Assembly (NCBI GenBank): GCA_963827235.1
Contig: CAWHAE010000009.1
Location: 224,001-288,000 of the forward strand
Direction of reading: 5' to 3'
From: an uncultured bacterium
Lineage (GTDB): Bacteria > Chloroflexota > UBA5177 > JANWHV01
Length of the DNA: 64,000 bases
Shown: positions 1-10,663 of the stretch, in pieces
Layout: the number at the start of each line of letters is the position of its first letter
Position numbering within the stretch: the stretch's first letter is position 1
Notes under the pieces: model-generated
Databases searched by the model: none
What the model was told of the DNA's origin: nothing
Seen by the model: the letters and a program-made list of their open reading frames with translations, nothing else
Position numbers and translations under genes: made by a program

Positions 1-1530
1 CACGATAAACGTGATCCTCGTGCGCCGCTGCGCATCGTCGAGATGTTGCCAGCGTTCCTCCAGCAGCTCACTGTAGCCGATGATCGCGGTCAGCGGCGTG
101 CGCAGCTCATGGCTAACAGCGGCAACGAAGTCGCTGCGCGTCCGCGCTAGCTCCAGCGCCGCCAGCCTTGCACTCTCGGCCTCACGGCCGGCACGCACGG
201 TAGCGGTGACGTCGACGGCCACACCGGTGCCGGCGCCGATGCCCGCGGTATCGGAATCCGCTGTCCACCACACTTCGAACACGCGATCGTTGGTGTCGAC
301 GATGATGGGGAAGCTCTCTCCTGCCAGGATGCGCGCCCAGACCTCGTTCAGGTGCGGCGCGTCCTTCTGCCAGGAGCCGATCGACGTGCCTACCACCGTG
401 GGCGCCGAGGCGCTCGCTATGAAGGGCGCACCTTCCTGGTAGTACGTGAAGGTGCCGCCTGCCTCCACGGCAAACAGGGCGATGGGCGCGTGCGTCAACA
501 CCGCGCGCAGTCGCAGCTCGGCCTCCTTGCGCTCCGTCACATCCCGGGCGTTGATCACGATACTGCGCACCAACGGGTCGCGGACCTGGCTTACGGCCGC
601 CAGCTCGAGCCAGTGATACGAGCCATTTGCGTGCAGTGCGCGCAGTGCCGTGCTCTGCTTGGCCCCACTGGCCGTGGCCAGGTGGTTGAGAGTGGCGGCT
701 GCCTCGTCCAGATCGTCGCGGTGCACGATATCTGCCAGTGAATGACCGACCAGCTCGCTGGGCGAATGACCGAGCGCTTGCTGGAAGGAGGCACTGGCGT
801 GGCGAACTATGCCCTGTCCATCGACGATTAGCACGAGGTCGGCGCTCTGCTGCGACAGAACACGACTGCGGTGGCCGCGCCCCTCCATGACGATCTGGAA
901 TACGCAGACGATTGCGATGGTCCCCAAGATCACGCCCAGCAACAGCGCGGCCGTGTCGGCAACGGATCCGGCGGAAGCAACACCGCCAGCGGTGACGTCA
1001 GCCTCGTCGAGCTCGGCCAGTTGAGTGAGCGCCATCTGTAGCGGTGCGACGAATTGGGCGTCGGCCTGTTGCAGCAACGCACGGCCGACGGTACTGCCGA
1101 CCTGCGCACTGCCGATCGGCTCGGCCAGGCCCGCGGCAAGGAGGAGACCCGGAAAACGAGCCTCGATTTGCGATTGCAGTGCGGCCTGACCCCGCGGGTG
1201 AGGCCCGGCCGACTCGAACTGCTGGTAGTTCCGCCAGGATTGCCGGACCAGCGCCACGATCTCGGGAATCTCGACCGGTGTTTTCTTATTGGCGGAATCG
1301 TAGTTGAGCAACGCACGATAGCCGAGGTTTTCCGCCTGCGTGATCTCGCGTTCCGCGTCGAGCAGGTGCACCAGACCGGGGAGCTGCGCCGATGCGATAT
1401 CGTGCAAGGTCGAGTGGGCTCTGTTCAGGCCGTGGAGGCCGACGCCTCCGATCAGTCCGCCGAGCATGAGCAGCAGCAGGAGCTGTAGCATCACTCTGGG
1501 CGAGCGAAGGACGTGAGATACGTAGCGCAT
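1..1530 (-). CDS. Membrane sensor histidine kinase (2 TM, helical extracellular domain, PAS domains, HisKA); 3' end runs off the window
   Basis: Manual translation from ATG at 1530 (AAGGAG upstream): MRYVSHVLRSPRVMLQLLLLLMLGG..., PAS-like SADLVLIVDGQGIVRHAS and H-box FVAAVSHELRTPLTAIIGYSELL in the same frame. Absent from the ORF track because the stop lies outside the window. Confidence 0.9.
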   Translation of the reverse strand, partial: MRYVSHVLRSPRVMLQLLLLLMLGGLIGGVGLHGLNRAHSTLHDIASAQLPGLVHLLDAEREITQAENLGYRALLNYDSANKKTPVEIPEIVALVRQSWRNYQQFESAGPHPRGQAALQSQIEARFPGLLLAAGLAEPIGSAQVGSTVGRALLQQADAQFVAPLQMALTQLAELDEADVTAGGVASAGSVADTAALLLGVILGTIAIVCVFQIVMEGRGHRSRVLSQQSADLVLIVDGQGIVRHASASFQQALGHSPSELVGHSLADIVHRDDLDEAAATLNHLATASGAKQSTALRALHANGSYHWLELAAVSQVRDPLVRSIVINARDVTERKEAELRLRAVLTHAPIALFAVEAGGTFTYYQEGAPFIASASAPTVVGTSIGSWQKDAPHLNEVWARILAGESFPIIVDTNDRVFEVWWTADSDTAGIGAGTGVAVDVTATVRAGREAESARLAALELARTRSDFVAAVSHELRTPLTAIIGYSELLEERWQHLDDAQRRTRITFIV

Positions 1531-2479
1531 CAACCACACTCCTTGTACTTCACGCCACGTGCGCACAGCATTGCCACGGAGTGTCTGTTGCACAGGTCAG
1601 GGTGGCGCCTTCTGAATCCACCGGCAGGGCACAACAGGGTCGCATCCTGCATGATACATTGCACCGGTAGAGCACGGCCTCGCGCGGGCACGCGGCAATT
1701 TGGTGCCGGCATACGTGTCTCGGCCGCCGCGGGCAATCACCAGACGATGGGCGGCAGAGCAGCACGCGGGCCGAGACACCGGGCTCCGCGCTTGCGCTCA
1801 CCTGCGAGGCACGGCCCGCCGCGGGTATCCCGCCGCCGGCTCATCGCATCCCAGTCGTCCAGTGAGCCGTCATTGACTCCGCCACCTCATGGTCGAGCAC
1901 AACGCGGACGGTCCGGACTGCTTGTTCGGCCACATTCCGCTCCCGGCCACGGGGCGGGATAAGGCGCACCGTTCGGCCTTGGCTATCCTGCCGGCACCTC
2001 CGGCGGCCACGGATACGGCGCGCGGCGCAACAGCCGGCGTGAATGGCGCGGGCTCGATCGCAACGGCGGTTCGTGCCGGCGGTTCGATCGTGCTGTAGGT
2101 CGTATCGTGTGCCCCGCGCGAGCGCGCGATTCGAGCGCCGGCGCCGGCCGGTAAGCCCAAGTGTGTAAAGTGCGCAACATCACGGCAGGCAACGTGACTT
2201 TATTCACTCCCCCCGTTTCTTGGGCCATGCTAGGCTGCGCAGTAGCAGAGACGAAGCGAATGAGAATCGTCCTGCAGCACCGCTCTCCCCTGCCGGCGGT
2301 AACCGCCTGGTGTCGGGCTGGGAAGCGGGACGGTGCTTCCAACTACACAGAATCGTCACACTACTGCAACACATCGCTCATGCCCACGACACCATCGGCG
2401 CCTAAGCTGGGCAATGTGAGACCGATGAAGTACGCCGGTCATGCGGCCGGGCTGTTGAAGATGGTTATGACCGAGGAGC

Positions 2480-3238
2480 GTGAAGATGCTTGCCGAACTG
2501 ATCATTGAGGCGAGAAACGTCACCAAGACATATGTAACCGGCGCGCAGCGCGTCGATGCCCTCCGCGGCGTCGACTTCGCGGTCGAGCGCGGCGAAATGG
2601 TAGCGATCATGGGTCCGAGCGGCTGCGGCAAGACAACCCTGCTCAACTGCCTCTCCGGTCTCGACGAGTTTGATCACGGCGAGGTACGCATTTCGGGCAC
2701 GCCGCTGCGCGACATGAGCGACAACCAGAAGACCGACTACCGTGCCAAGAAGATGGGCTTCGTCTTCCAGGTATACAATCTGCTGCCCGTCCTGAGCGCG
2801 GTGGAAAACGTGGAGCTGCCGCTGCTCGTGAGCGGCGCGCATCCCAGATCGGCGCGCAAGAGCGCCATGGCCGCCCTGGATACCGTGCAGCTCGGGCAGT
2901 GGGCCAACCACCGTCCTGCCGAGCTCTCCGGCGGCCAGCGCCAACGCGTGACCATCGCCCGATCGCTCGTCAATAACCCGGCCATCGTGTGGGCCGACGA
3001 GCCGACCGGCGCCCTCGATTCCGAGGCGGCAGACGGCATCATGGACCTGATGTGCCGGCTGAACAAGGAGAACGGGCAGACCTTTGTCGTCGTCACGCAC
3101 GCACAGGAAGTCGGCGAGCGCGGCGACCGCATCGTGCGCATGCGCGACGGCCGCATCGACGATGCCGGCCTGGGTCTCGGTGCGCACGGTATGACCCACA
3201 TGCTTGACCGCCAGCGCTCCGCCCTGCAGGCAGGATAG
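2480..3238 (+). CDS. ABC transporter ATP-binding protein, LolD/MacB type
   Basis: Walker [10 protein letters not shown], signature LSGGQRQRV, Walker [14 protein letters not shown]-loop VVTH. Confidence 0.95.
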   Translation: MKMLAELIIEARNVTKTYVTGAQRVDALRGVDFAVERGEMVAIMGPSGCGKTTLLNCLSGLDEFDHGEVRISGTPLRDMSDNQKTDYRAKKMGFVFQVYNLLPVLSAVENVELPLLVSGAHPRSARKSAMAALDTVQLGQWANHRPAELSGGQRQRVTIARSLVNNPAIVWADEPTGALDSEAADGIMDLMCRLNKENGQTFVVVTHAQEVGERGDRIVRMRDGRIDDAGLGLGAHGMTHMLDRQRSALQAG

Positions 3239-3248
3239 GGACGAGACG

Positions 3249-6200
3249 ATGCAATCACTCTTTGGCATACCCATGGACACTCTGATGGCCTGGATGCTGG
3301 CCATCTTCATCGTCGTCACAGCCGCGGTGGCCGTCCTCGCCGTGCGCAACCGGCTGTTCTTCAAGATGGGTCTGCGCAATATTCCGCGACGCCGCGCGCA
3401 GACCGTGCTGATCGTTATCGGCTTGATGCTGAGCACGGTGATCATCACCAGTGCGTTCGGCACCGGCGATACCCTGAGCTACTCCGTGCGCTCTGCCGTG
3501 ACGTCCGGGCTTGGCACGGTGGATGAAGCCGTGTTCCACGTCTCCGGACTTGGGAATCAAACCCTGATCAACGGCGTCGGCACGTTCTCGCCCGGTGAGA
3601 TCAGGAAGATTCAGGCCAACGTCGCCGCGAATCCGTCCGCAGAGGGCTCCATGACGGCCCTGATCTCCGCGGCGCCGCTGCAGGACCTGACCTCGGGTCA
3701 GACCAAGGCGGCCAGCCTCTTCGAGGCATTTCCCTCCCGCTACCCGGCCAAGTTCGGGCCGCTGACCACTACCGGGGGCTCTACGGTAACGCTCGGTCAG
3801 CTTGAGCCCGGGCAAGCCTACATCAACGCCAAGGCGGCAGATAGCCTGAGCGCGCATGCCGGCGACACGGTGGATACCTACGTCGCCGGCACGAAGATGA
3901 CCCTTCGCGTGCGGGCCGTGCTCAATGATGACTATCTTGCCTCGGGCGGCCTCAACACCACAGGCGGGGGCTCGCTGCAGCCGGCCATTCTTGTGCCGAT
4001 CGAGCGCCTATCCGGCTTGTCGCCGAACGTTGTCCTCGTCTCCAACCAGGGCAACATCACCAGCGGAGCCGACAAGACCGACGCGGTGACGGACTCCACT
4101 GCGTGCCCTGCTCACCAATCCCAGCGAGGTGGCTGCCGCGCAGACGTTGCTCGCGAGCAGCACGGGGAAAGTCCAGCTCAACAAGCTCATTGGCGACCCG
4201 GCACAAAGCGGCGCTAAGAGCAAGCTGACGCAGTTGCGTTCGGAGGTCGCGAGAGCTGGCCAGAGTGACCGGCTCAAGAGCCTGCCTGAGCGATCCCACG
4301 GTCGTCAACGCGCTGAGGACTATCAAGGCGCCGCAGCTCGCCCGGCCGCTCAACGACACGCTCGCGGCTATCAGCGACTACTCGGTGCAGAACGTGAAGA
4401 AAGACGGGCTCGAGCGCGGCCGACTTGATTGCCAGTGTGATCGTCAGCGTGTTCATCGTCTTCGGCCTCTTCTCGATCGCGGCCGGCATCATGCTGATCT
4501 TCTTGATCTTCGTGATGCTCGCGGCAGAGCGCCGGGCCGAGATGGGCATGGCGCGCGCGGTGGGCACGCGGCGCGCTCATCTGATCCAGCAGTTCCTCTT
4601 CGAGGGCTATGTCTATAATCTCGGTGCCGCGCTGGTAGGCATTCTCCTCGGCATCCTGGTCTCGCTCGGCATGGCACGCGTGATGGCGGCGCTCTTCGGT
4701 AGCTACGACTTCACGATCGTCGGCCACATCGAGCCGCGTAGCCTGGTTGTCTCCTTCTGTCTCGGGGCACTGGTCACCTTCCTGACGGTGGCCTTCTCCT
4801 CGTACCGGTCCAGCCGGCTCAACGTGGTCGCCGCCATCCGGGATCTGCCGGAAAGCTTCGGCATCAAGACCAACGTGGGTCACGCCTGGGCACTGACGGG
4901 CAGCCGGTTTGCCAGGGTGCTCAACGTGCGCCGGCCCCTGCCTCTCATCTACTGGGTGCTGGGCCTCGTGGCCGCGGTGCTGGCGCCGCCGGCCGGCATC
5001 ACCTATCTCGTCCTGAGACTGGCCTGGTATTGCAGGGCCGTCTTCGCCGCTTACTTTGCGCGCGGCCCGCTGTTCCTGGCCATCGGTATCGCCCTCATTC
5101 CGGTGGGTATCAAGACGACGCAGTCCATCTTCTTCACCCTGGGCTGCTCTCTCACGGCGATTGGCCTGGCCATGCTGGTCCGCTGGATATTGCACGCGTT
5201 CGGCGTCGGCGATCCGCTGCGCAATCGCATCGGCTACTCGCTGGCCGGCGTGGCCCTGGTCGTGTACTGGCTGCTCCCGTTCGACTTCTTTCAACGGTTC
5301 GGGCTGCCGAAGCTCCAGGGCGGCATCGAGATGTTCTTCGTCTCGGGCATCATGCTGGTGATCGGTGCGGTGTGGACCGTGATGTTTAATGCCGATCTGA
5401 TCGCCAACGGCCTGATGCGGCTGTTCGGCGCCGCCGGATCGCTCGGACCGGTCATGAAGATGGCCGTCACGTACCCGATGCAGCACAAAGTCCGCACCGG
5501 ACTGACCCTCGCGATGTTCAGTCTGGTGATCTTCACCCTGATGGTGATGTCCGTGCTGACACGAAGCACTGCCGGCAGCCTCGTCTACGACCGGGACACC
5601 GGCGGCTTCCAGATCTATGGCAATCCCAGCCAGCCGGTGTCCGCCGCCGGCAACGCCGCGGTCATCGCGGCCAATCCTGCCCTGCGCACGGCTATCGTGG
5701 CGACGGGCGCGATCGGCCAGGAGAGCGTGGGAGTTCGGCAGCCCGGTCAATCGGATCAGTCCTTCAGTAATAGCGTCGTGAACGCCCTGGATACGACGTA
5801 CCTGGAAAACACGCGCTTCCCCCTGCATTCCCGAGCACTGGGCTACACGTCGGACGCGCAGATCTGGCAGACCTTGCGGACCCACCCGGGGTACGCGGTC
5901 GTCGACGGCACGCTGGTAGAGCAGCCGTCGAGCAACACCATGCAGTTTGGTGCCGCGTTCAGTATCAAGGGGATCAAGTACGATGACAAAACCTTCAAAG
6001 CGCAGACAATCGAAGTCCACGATACGCGCAGCGGCCTCACGATCCCGCTGACGGTCATCGGCGTGCTGGACCAGAACGCCACGAACAATCTGCCGGATCT
6101 GACACAAGGCATCTTCACCGGCGAGAACACCTTCACGGCAGCCGGCGGGCAGCCCATCGGCGTGACCAGCTTCGTCTATCGCGTGCGGCCCGGAACCGAC

Positions 6201-6704
6201 ATCCATGCCACCGCGCTGCTGCTCGGCAAGGCCTTCCTCAGCGAAGGACTGGACGTGAAGGAAGCGCAGAAGCAGTTCGACCAGAACCAGGCACTTGGCA
6301 TCGGCCTCAACGATCTGCTCGAAGGGTTTATGGCCCTCGGGCTCATCGTCGGCATCGCCGCGCTCGGCGTGATCGCCTTCCGTTCCGTGGTAGAGCGACG
6401 CCAGGAGATCGGCATGATGCGCGCGATCGGCTTCCAGCGGAGCATGGTCCGCACGGCGTTTCTGCTTGAGTCCAGCTTCGTCGCCGTGCTCGGCACGCTG
6501 AACGGCGTCGTGCTTGGGCTGGTGCTGTCATACAACCTGGTGGCCAGCATTACCTCGACCAACAGCGCGTATAGCTTTTCCGTGCCCTGGCTCCAGATCG
6601 TGGTGATCGTCGCGCTCGCCTACGTGGCATCGCTGATCACGACCTATCTGCCCGCGTGGCAGGCTTCGCGCATCTATCCTGCCGAGGCCCTGCGCTACGA
6701 GTAG
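3249..6704 (+). CDS. FtsX/MacB-like ABC permease with two FtsX domains, interrupted by three +1 frameshifts (~4098, ~4285, ~4415)
   Basis: ORFs 3204-4217, 4129-4428, 4265-4618 and 4425-6704 join into one protein: RNIPRRRAQTVL start, ERRAEMGMARAVG, ERRQEIGMMRAIG, PAEALRYE end. Confidence 0.85.
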
Positions 6705-6745
6705 ATAGCTGGTGACAGCCCGTTGCGGAATCCCTTGGTAGCCAA

Positions 6746-6784
6746 AGGGACCTCCCGGCCGAAGTGGCCGGGAGGTCCCTCTTT
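6746..6784 (+). terminator. Intrinsic terminator-like hairpin
   Basis: Perfect 15-bp stem AGGGACCTCCCGGCC / GGCCGGGAGGTCCCT with loop GAAGT, followed by CTTT, just after the permease stop. Confidence 0.75.
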
Positions 6785-6851
6785 GCCCTACCCTGTAACC
6801 GTGCGACAGCAGTGGCGGCACATGCCGCCGCCTGGGAAGGAGAGACTTCTG

Positions 6852-7136
6852 ATGAGCGCATATATCATCGCCGCCATCGACATACACGATCGCGTGGCCT
6901 ACGCCGCGTACGCCGGCGCGGCAGGACCGGCCGTCGAGCAGTACGGTGGACGCTACCTCGTCGTCAGCGACAAGGTTGAGGTGCTCGAGGGTGAGGCGGC
7001 ACCGGTGCGCCACGTGATCATCAGCTTCTCGAGCGCGGACCAAGCGCGTGCCTGGTGGTCCTCACCGGAGTATGAAGCGGCGAAGGTGCTGCGCCGGCAG
7101 GCTGCCTCGAGCCGGTTCGTGCTGGTCGAAGACTAG
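6852..7136 (+). CDS. DUF1330 domain protein
   Basis: MSAYII...YGGRYL...VLEG...F.S...A.AWW.SPEY pattern; AAGGAGAG RBS. Confidence 0.9.
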   Translation: MSAYIIAAIDIHDRVAYAAYAGAAGPAVEQYGGRYLVVSDKVEVLEGEAAPVRHVIISFSSADQARAWWSSPEYEAAKVLRRQAASSRFVLVED

Positions 7137-7329
7137 CCCGTTCCCACCGTATGCGCGAGCGACCGTCGCCGTGAGCACGCCGAACCGCCCGCAGCAGAGA
7201 TGTTGAGCAGAGGTAACGAGCGCGCATCAAGAGGTCGCCACCGGGTCGGTTCACGCGGTCCGTGCAGACTGCCGGACACGAGGAGAAGTCGGTTCATGAG
7301 CGACGACTCTGCATCAGGCAGAACCCGGA

Positions 7330-7388
7330 TTTATCGAGTTCTTAACACAGGCTTAGCAAACAGTTAACGGCCCGCGCCCTATTATTAT
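7330..7388 (+). promoter_or_regulatory. Pho-box-like direct repeat array with -10 element
   Basis: TTTATC(7330), CTTAAC(7341), CTTAGC(7352), GTTAAC(7363) at exact 11-bp period, then TATTAT at 7380/7383. Confidence 0.65.
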
Positions 7389-7459
7389 GCAATGGCCCTC
7401 ACCTCAGTGGCCTCCTGTTGGTTGTCCGACGTTCAGCACGTACGTGGAGCGCACCGTAA

Positions 7460-8758
7460 ATGAATCGCAGGACGAAGCTCCGGATCCTGGCAGCCCTTGG
7501 TGTGGTCGGCATGCTCGGCGCCGGTGGAATGCCGTCGCACGCCGTCGCCGCCTCGCCTCAGGTCACGATCACCGTCTGGCACGAGTACTCGAAGTTGAAT
7601 CTCCAGGCATTCAATGATCTGATCGGCCGGTTCGAGGCTGCCAATCCCACGATCAAAGTGGCGCAAGTGGCCTCCGTCAACTACAACGCTCTGTTCCAGA
7701 AACTGCAAAGCGCCGTCTTCGCCGGCAATCCGCCCACCATCGCGCAGGCCTACGAGGACCAGGTGCAGCAGTTCAACAGCAAGAACCACGCCATCGAGGA
7801 CCTGGCGCCGTACGTAGCCGGCGCGAACGGGCTCTCCGCCGCCGATATCAAGGACTTCTACACCAGCATGTGGGCCGACGGCATGCTGGATGGCAAGCGC
7901 CTGATGATGCCGTTCTCGAAGAGCGACATCGTGCTCTACTATAACCCCGCGCTGCTGGCCAAATACGGAGTTACGAAGCCGCCGGCAACCTGGAATGACT
8001 TCGCCGCCGATTGCGCCAAGGTAACCACGATCGCCAACGGTCGCGCGAGCCAGTGGTGCATGACCTATCAGGTGGACGAATCGGACTGGTACGCGTGGGA
8101 GCACGAGTGGGGCTCCCCGGTGCTCGATGCCTCGGGCCAGGCGGCGTTCGGCAACGCCAAGGGCGCGGCGCCGCTGGCGTTCTTCGCCGGGCTGGCCGCC
8201 AAGAAGCAAGTCGTGGTTTCCACGACGGCCAACTATCAAGACCAGACGGACTTCGACTCCGGCAAGACGGCCTTCGACCTCAGCTCGAGCGCGGGACTTG
8301 CCTATGAGCTCTCGGGTGCCGGCCCGGGCGTACAGGTCAAGGTAGCGCAGATGCCTGCCGGGCCCGCGGCCCAGGACACCGAGCTGTATGGCGCTCCCTT
8401 CACCATGTTCAGCAAGGCCACGGCGGCACAGAAGCAGGCTGCATGGCTGTTCCTGAAGTTCATCACCGAGCCGGCGCAGACCGCCTACTGGGCAATGCAC
8501 ACGGGCTATATGCCGGTTCGCCGATCGGCGCTCAACACGCCGGGGCTGAAGGCATACTACAAGCAGTACCCCGATCGGCTGGCCGCCGTCGATCAGCTCG
8601 ATGCCGCCGTGCTGGAGCCCGCGCTCAACGGCTGGGAGAAGGCGATCAGCGATATCGATACTCAGATGAGCGCCGCGCTCAGCGGCAGCAAGGATCCGAC
8701 CGCCGCCATGCAGCAGGCAGCGTCGCAAGTGAACGGCGACCTGACCAACGCCAAATAG
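7460..8758 (+). CDS. CUT1 ABC substrate-binding protein, UgpB-like
   Basis: Signal peptide, VTITVWH, MPFSKS..LYYN, PPATW.DF, AAWLFLKF, TGYMPVR. Confidence 0.9.
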   Translation: MNRRTKLRILAALGVVGMLGAGGMPSHAVAASPQVTITVWHEYSKLNLQAFNDLIGRFEAANPTIKVAQVASVNYNALFQKLQSAVFAGNPPTIAQAYEDQVQQFNSKNHAIEDLAPYVAGANGLSAADIKDFYTSMWADGMLDGKRLMMPFSKSDIVLYYNPALLAKYGVTKPPATWNDFAADCAKVTTIANGRASQWCMTYQVDESDWYAWEHEWGSPVLDASGQAAFGNAKGAAPLAFFAGLAAKKQVVVSTTANYQDQTDFDSGKTAFDLSSSAGLAYELSGAGPGVQVKVAQMPAGPAAQDTELYGAPFTMFSKATAAQKQAAWLFLKFITEPAQTAYWAMHTGYMPVRRSALNTPGLKAYYKQYPDRLAAVDQLDAAVLEPALNGWEKAISDIDTQMSAALSGSKDPTAAMQQAASQVNGDLTNAK

Positions 8759-8841
8759 GACCTCATAGCTGGCAGTCCCCGCCCTGCCGGAACCGTCCCC
8801 GGCAGGGCGCCTCTGCAGCTCCGCTGGTAGAAGGGTTGAGC

Positions 8842-9768
8842 GTGCAGATCTCCTCACACGTGGCTCGCCCCGGCCGATCCTCCGATCCGTCGTTGCGGTC
8901 GAAGCTCGCCAATCTGCTCGCCCCCTACGGCTACCTGGCCCCGGCCCTGCTCATTCTCGGTGTCTTCCAGCTCGCGCCCATCTTCTTCGTCATCTGGCTG
9001 AGCTTTCACAATGGCGCCAGCTTGCTGGGAACGGACTGGGCCGGGTTGCGCTACTACCGTCAGATGCTTCAGGATCCCGAGGTTGGTACGGCGCTCGGCG
9101 CCACCATCAAATTCCTGATCGGCTTCGTGCCCATTTCGACGGCGCTGGCCCTCGGACTGGCCATGCTGTTGTTCGAGAAGCTGCCCGGCATCGGTTTCTT
9201 TCGCATTCTGGTGCTCCTGCCGTTCATCACGCCGGTGGTAGCCACCACCCTCGTGTGGCACTGGATCTTCAATCCGCAGTACGGGCTCATCGACAGCGTG
9301 CTCTACTGGCTGCATGTGCCCACGGTGGATTGGTTCACGTCCTCGTTCTGGTCGATGGCAATCCTGGTAGCTTATACCATCTGGCACGAAGTTGGGTTCA
9401 CCACGCTGATCATGCTGGCAGGACTGACCAATATTCCGCGCGAGGTGCGGGACGCTGCCGAGATCGACGGTACCGGCCCGCTGGCAGGCTTTGGGCTGAT
9501 TACCCTGCCGCTGATGGGGCCATGGATCTTCTTCGTGATCGTGATCGACGTGATTGGCGCCTTCCAGGTCTTTACCCAGGTGCTGACGCTGACCAACGGC
9601 GGCCCGGACAACTCCACGACCATCGCCGGCTTCTTGATCGAGCAGGAGGCCTTCCAGTTCTTCAACCTGCCCTACGCCGCGGCGATCTCCGTTACCGTGC
9701 TGTTGATCGTGGCCGTGCTCACCGGACTCCAATTCGCGATTGGCCAGCGCCGTGTCTTCTATCAGTGA
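8842..9768 (+). CDS. CUT1 ABC permease, UgpA-like
   Basis: GTG start; TM helices, YLAPAL, EAA-like motif DAAEIDG, ITLPLM, TNGGP. Confidence 0.9.
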   Translation: MQISSHVARPGRSSDPSLRSKLANLLAPYGYLAPALLILGVFQLAPIFFVIWLSFHNGASLLGTDWAGLRYYRQMLQDPEVGTALGATIKFLIGFVPISTALALGLAMLLFEKLPGIGFFRILVLLPFITPVVATTLVWHWIFNPQYGLIDSVLYWLHVPTVDWFTSSFWSMAILVAYTIWHEVGFTTLIMLAGLTNIPREVRDAAEIDGTGPLAGFGLITLPLMGPWIFFVIVIDVIGAFQVFTQVLTLTNGGPDNSTTIAGFLIEQEAFQFFNLPYAAAISVTVLLIVAVLTGLQFAIGQRRVFYQ

Positions 9769-9778
9769 GGCACCCCTG

Positions 9779-10663
9779 ATGAGCATGCCGGCGGAGCGGA
9801 TCACGGTCGTGCTGCCGGCCAGATCCGGCCGGCGCGGCAGGCGCGCGGCGCTTGTGCGCTACGTCTTGCTCGTGCCGATCTCCGTGGTGCTGGCCTTCCC
9901 GTTCTACTGGGTAGTGCTCACCTCACTCGTGCCCAACAGTCACGTCTTCGACTTCCCGCCCAGCCTCTGGCCGCGCTGGTGGGACTTTGCAAACTACGGC
10001 ACGGCCTGGAACGGCACGCCGTGGCTGAACTACTTCGCCAACACCGGGCTGACCGCCGTCGGGACCACGCTGCTGGTGCTTTGCACCTCCACGCTGGCCG
10101 GCTTTTGCCTGGCTACCATGCGCTTTGCCGGCAAGCGCCTGCTCACCGGGCTCATCTTCGCCAGCCTGATCATGCCGGCCATCGTGGTGATCATTCCCGA
10201 TTACGTGATCGCCAACAGCCTGGGCTGGCTCAACACCTACCAGGTGCAGATCGTGCCCTGGGGTGCCAGCACGTTCGGCATCTTCCTGCTGCGGCAGGCC
10301 TTTCTCGGGCTGCCGAGCGACCTGTACGATGCCGCGCGCATCGACGGCTGCAGCCGGCGCTTCTATCTCTGGGCGGTCGGCGTGCCGCTGGTACGGCCTG
10401 CCCTGACCACGGTGGCACTCTACATCTTCGTGGGCAGCTACAACGCGCTGCTGTGGCCCCTGGTGATGACCAGCTCCAATGGCACGGACGCGGGTGTACA
10501 GCCGATCGAAGTCGGCGTCTACAGCTTCATCGGCGAGAACGGCACCGCGTTCAACCAGCTCTGCGCCGCCGTCGTTTTCACCATGCTGCCGGTTATCCTC
10601 CTCTTCCTCTTGATGCAACGCCAGTTCGTGGAGGGTGTGATGCGCTCGGGACTGAAAGGATGA
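9779..10663 (+). CDS. CUT1 ABC permease, UgpE-like
   Basis: FPFYWVVLTSL, FGIFLLRQAF, LYDAARIDG, QRQFVEG..SGLKG. Confidence 0.9.
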   Translation: MSMPAERITVVLPARSGRRGRRAALVRYVLLVPISVVLAFPFYWVVLTSLVPNSHVFDFPPSLWPRWWDFANYGTAWNGTPWLNYFANTGLTAVGTTLLVLCTSTLAGFCLATMRFAGKRLLTGLIFASLIMPAIVVIIPDYVIANSLGWLNTYQVQIVPWGASTFGIFLLRQAFLGLPSDLYDAARIDGCSRRFYLWAVGVPLVRPALTTVALYIFVGSYNALLWPLVMTSSNGTDAGVQPIEVGVYSFIGENGTAFNQLCAAVVFTMLPVILLFLLMQRQFVEGVMRSGLKG

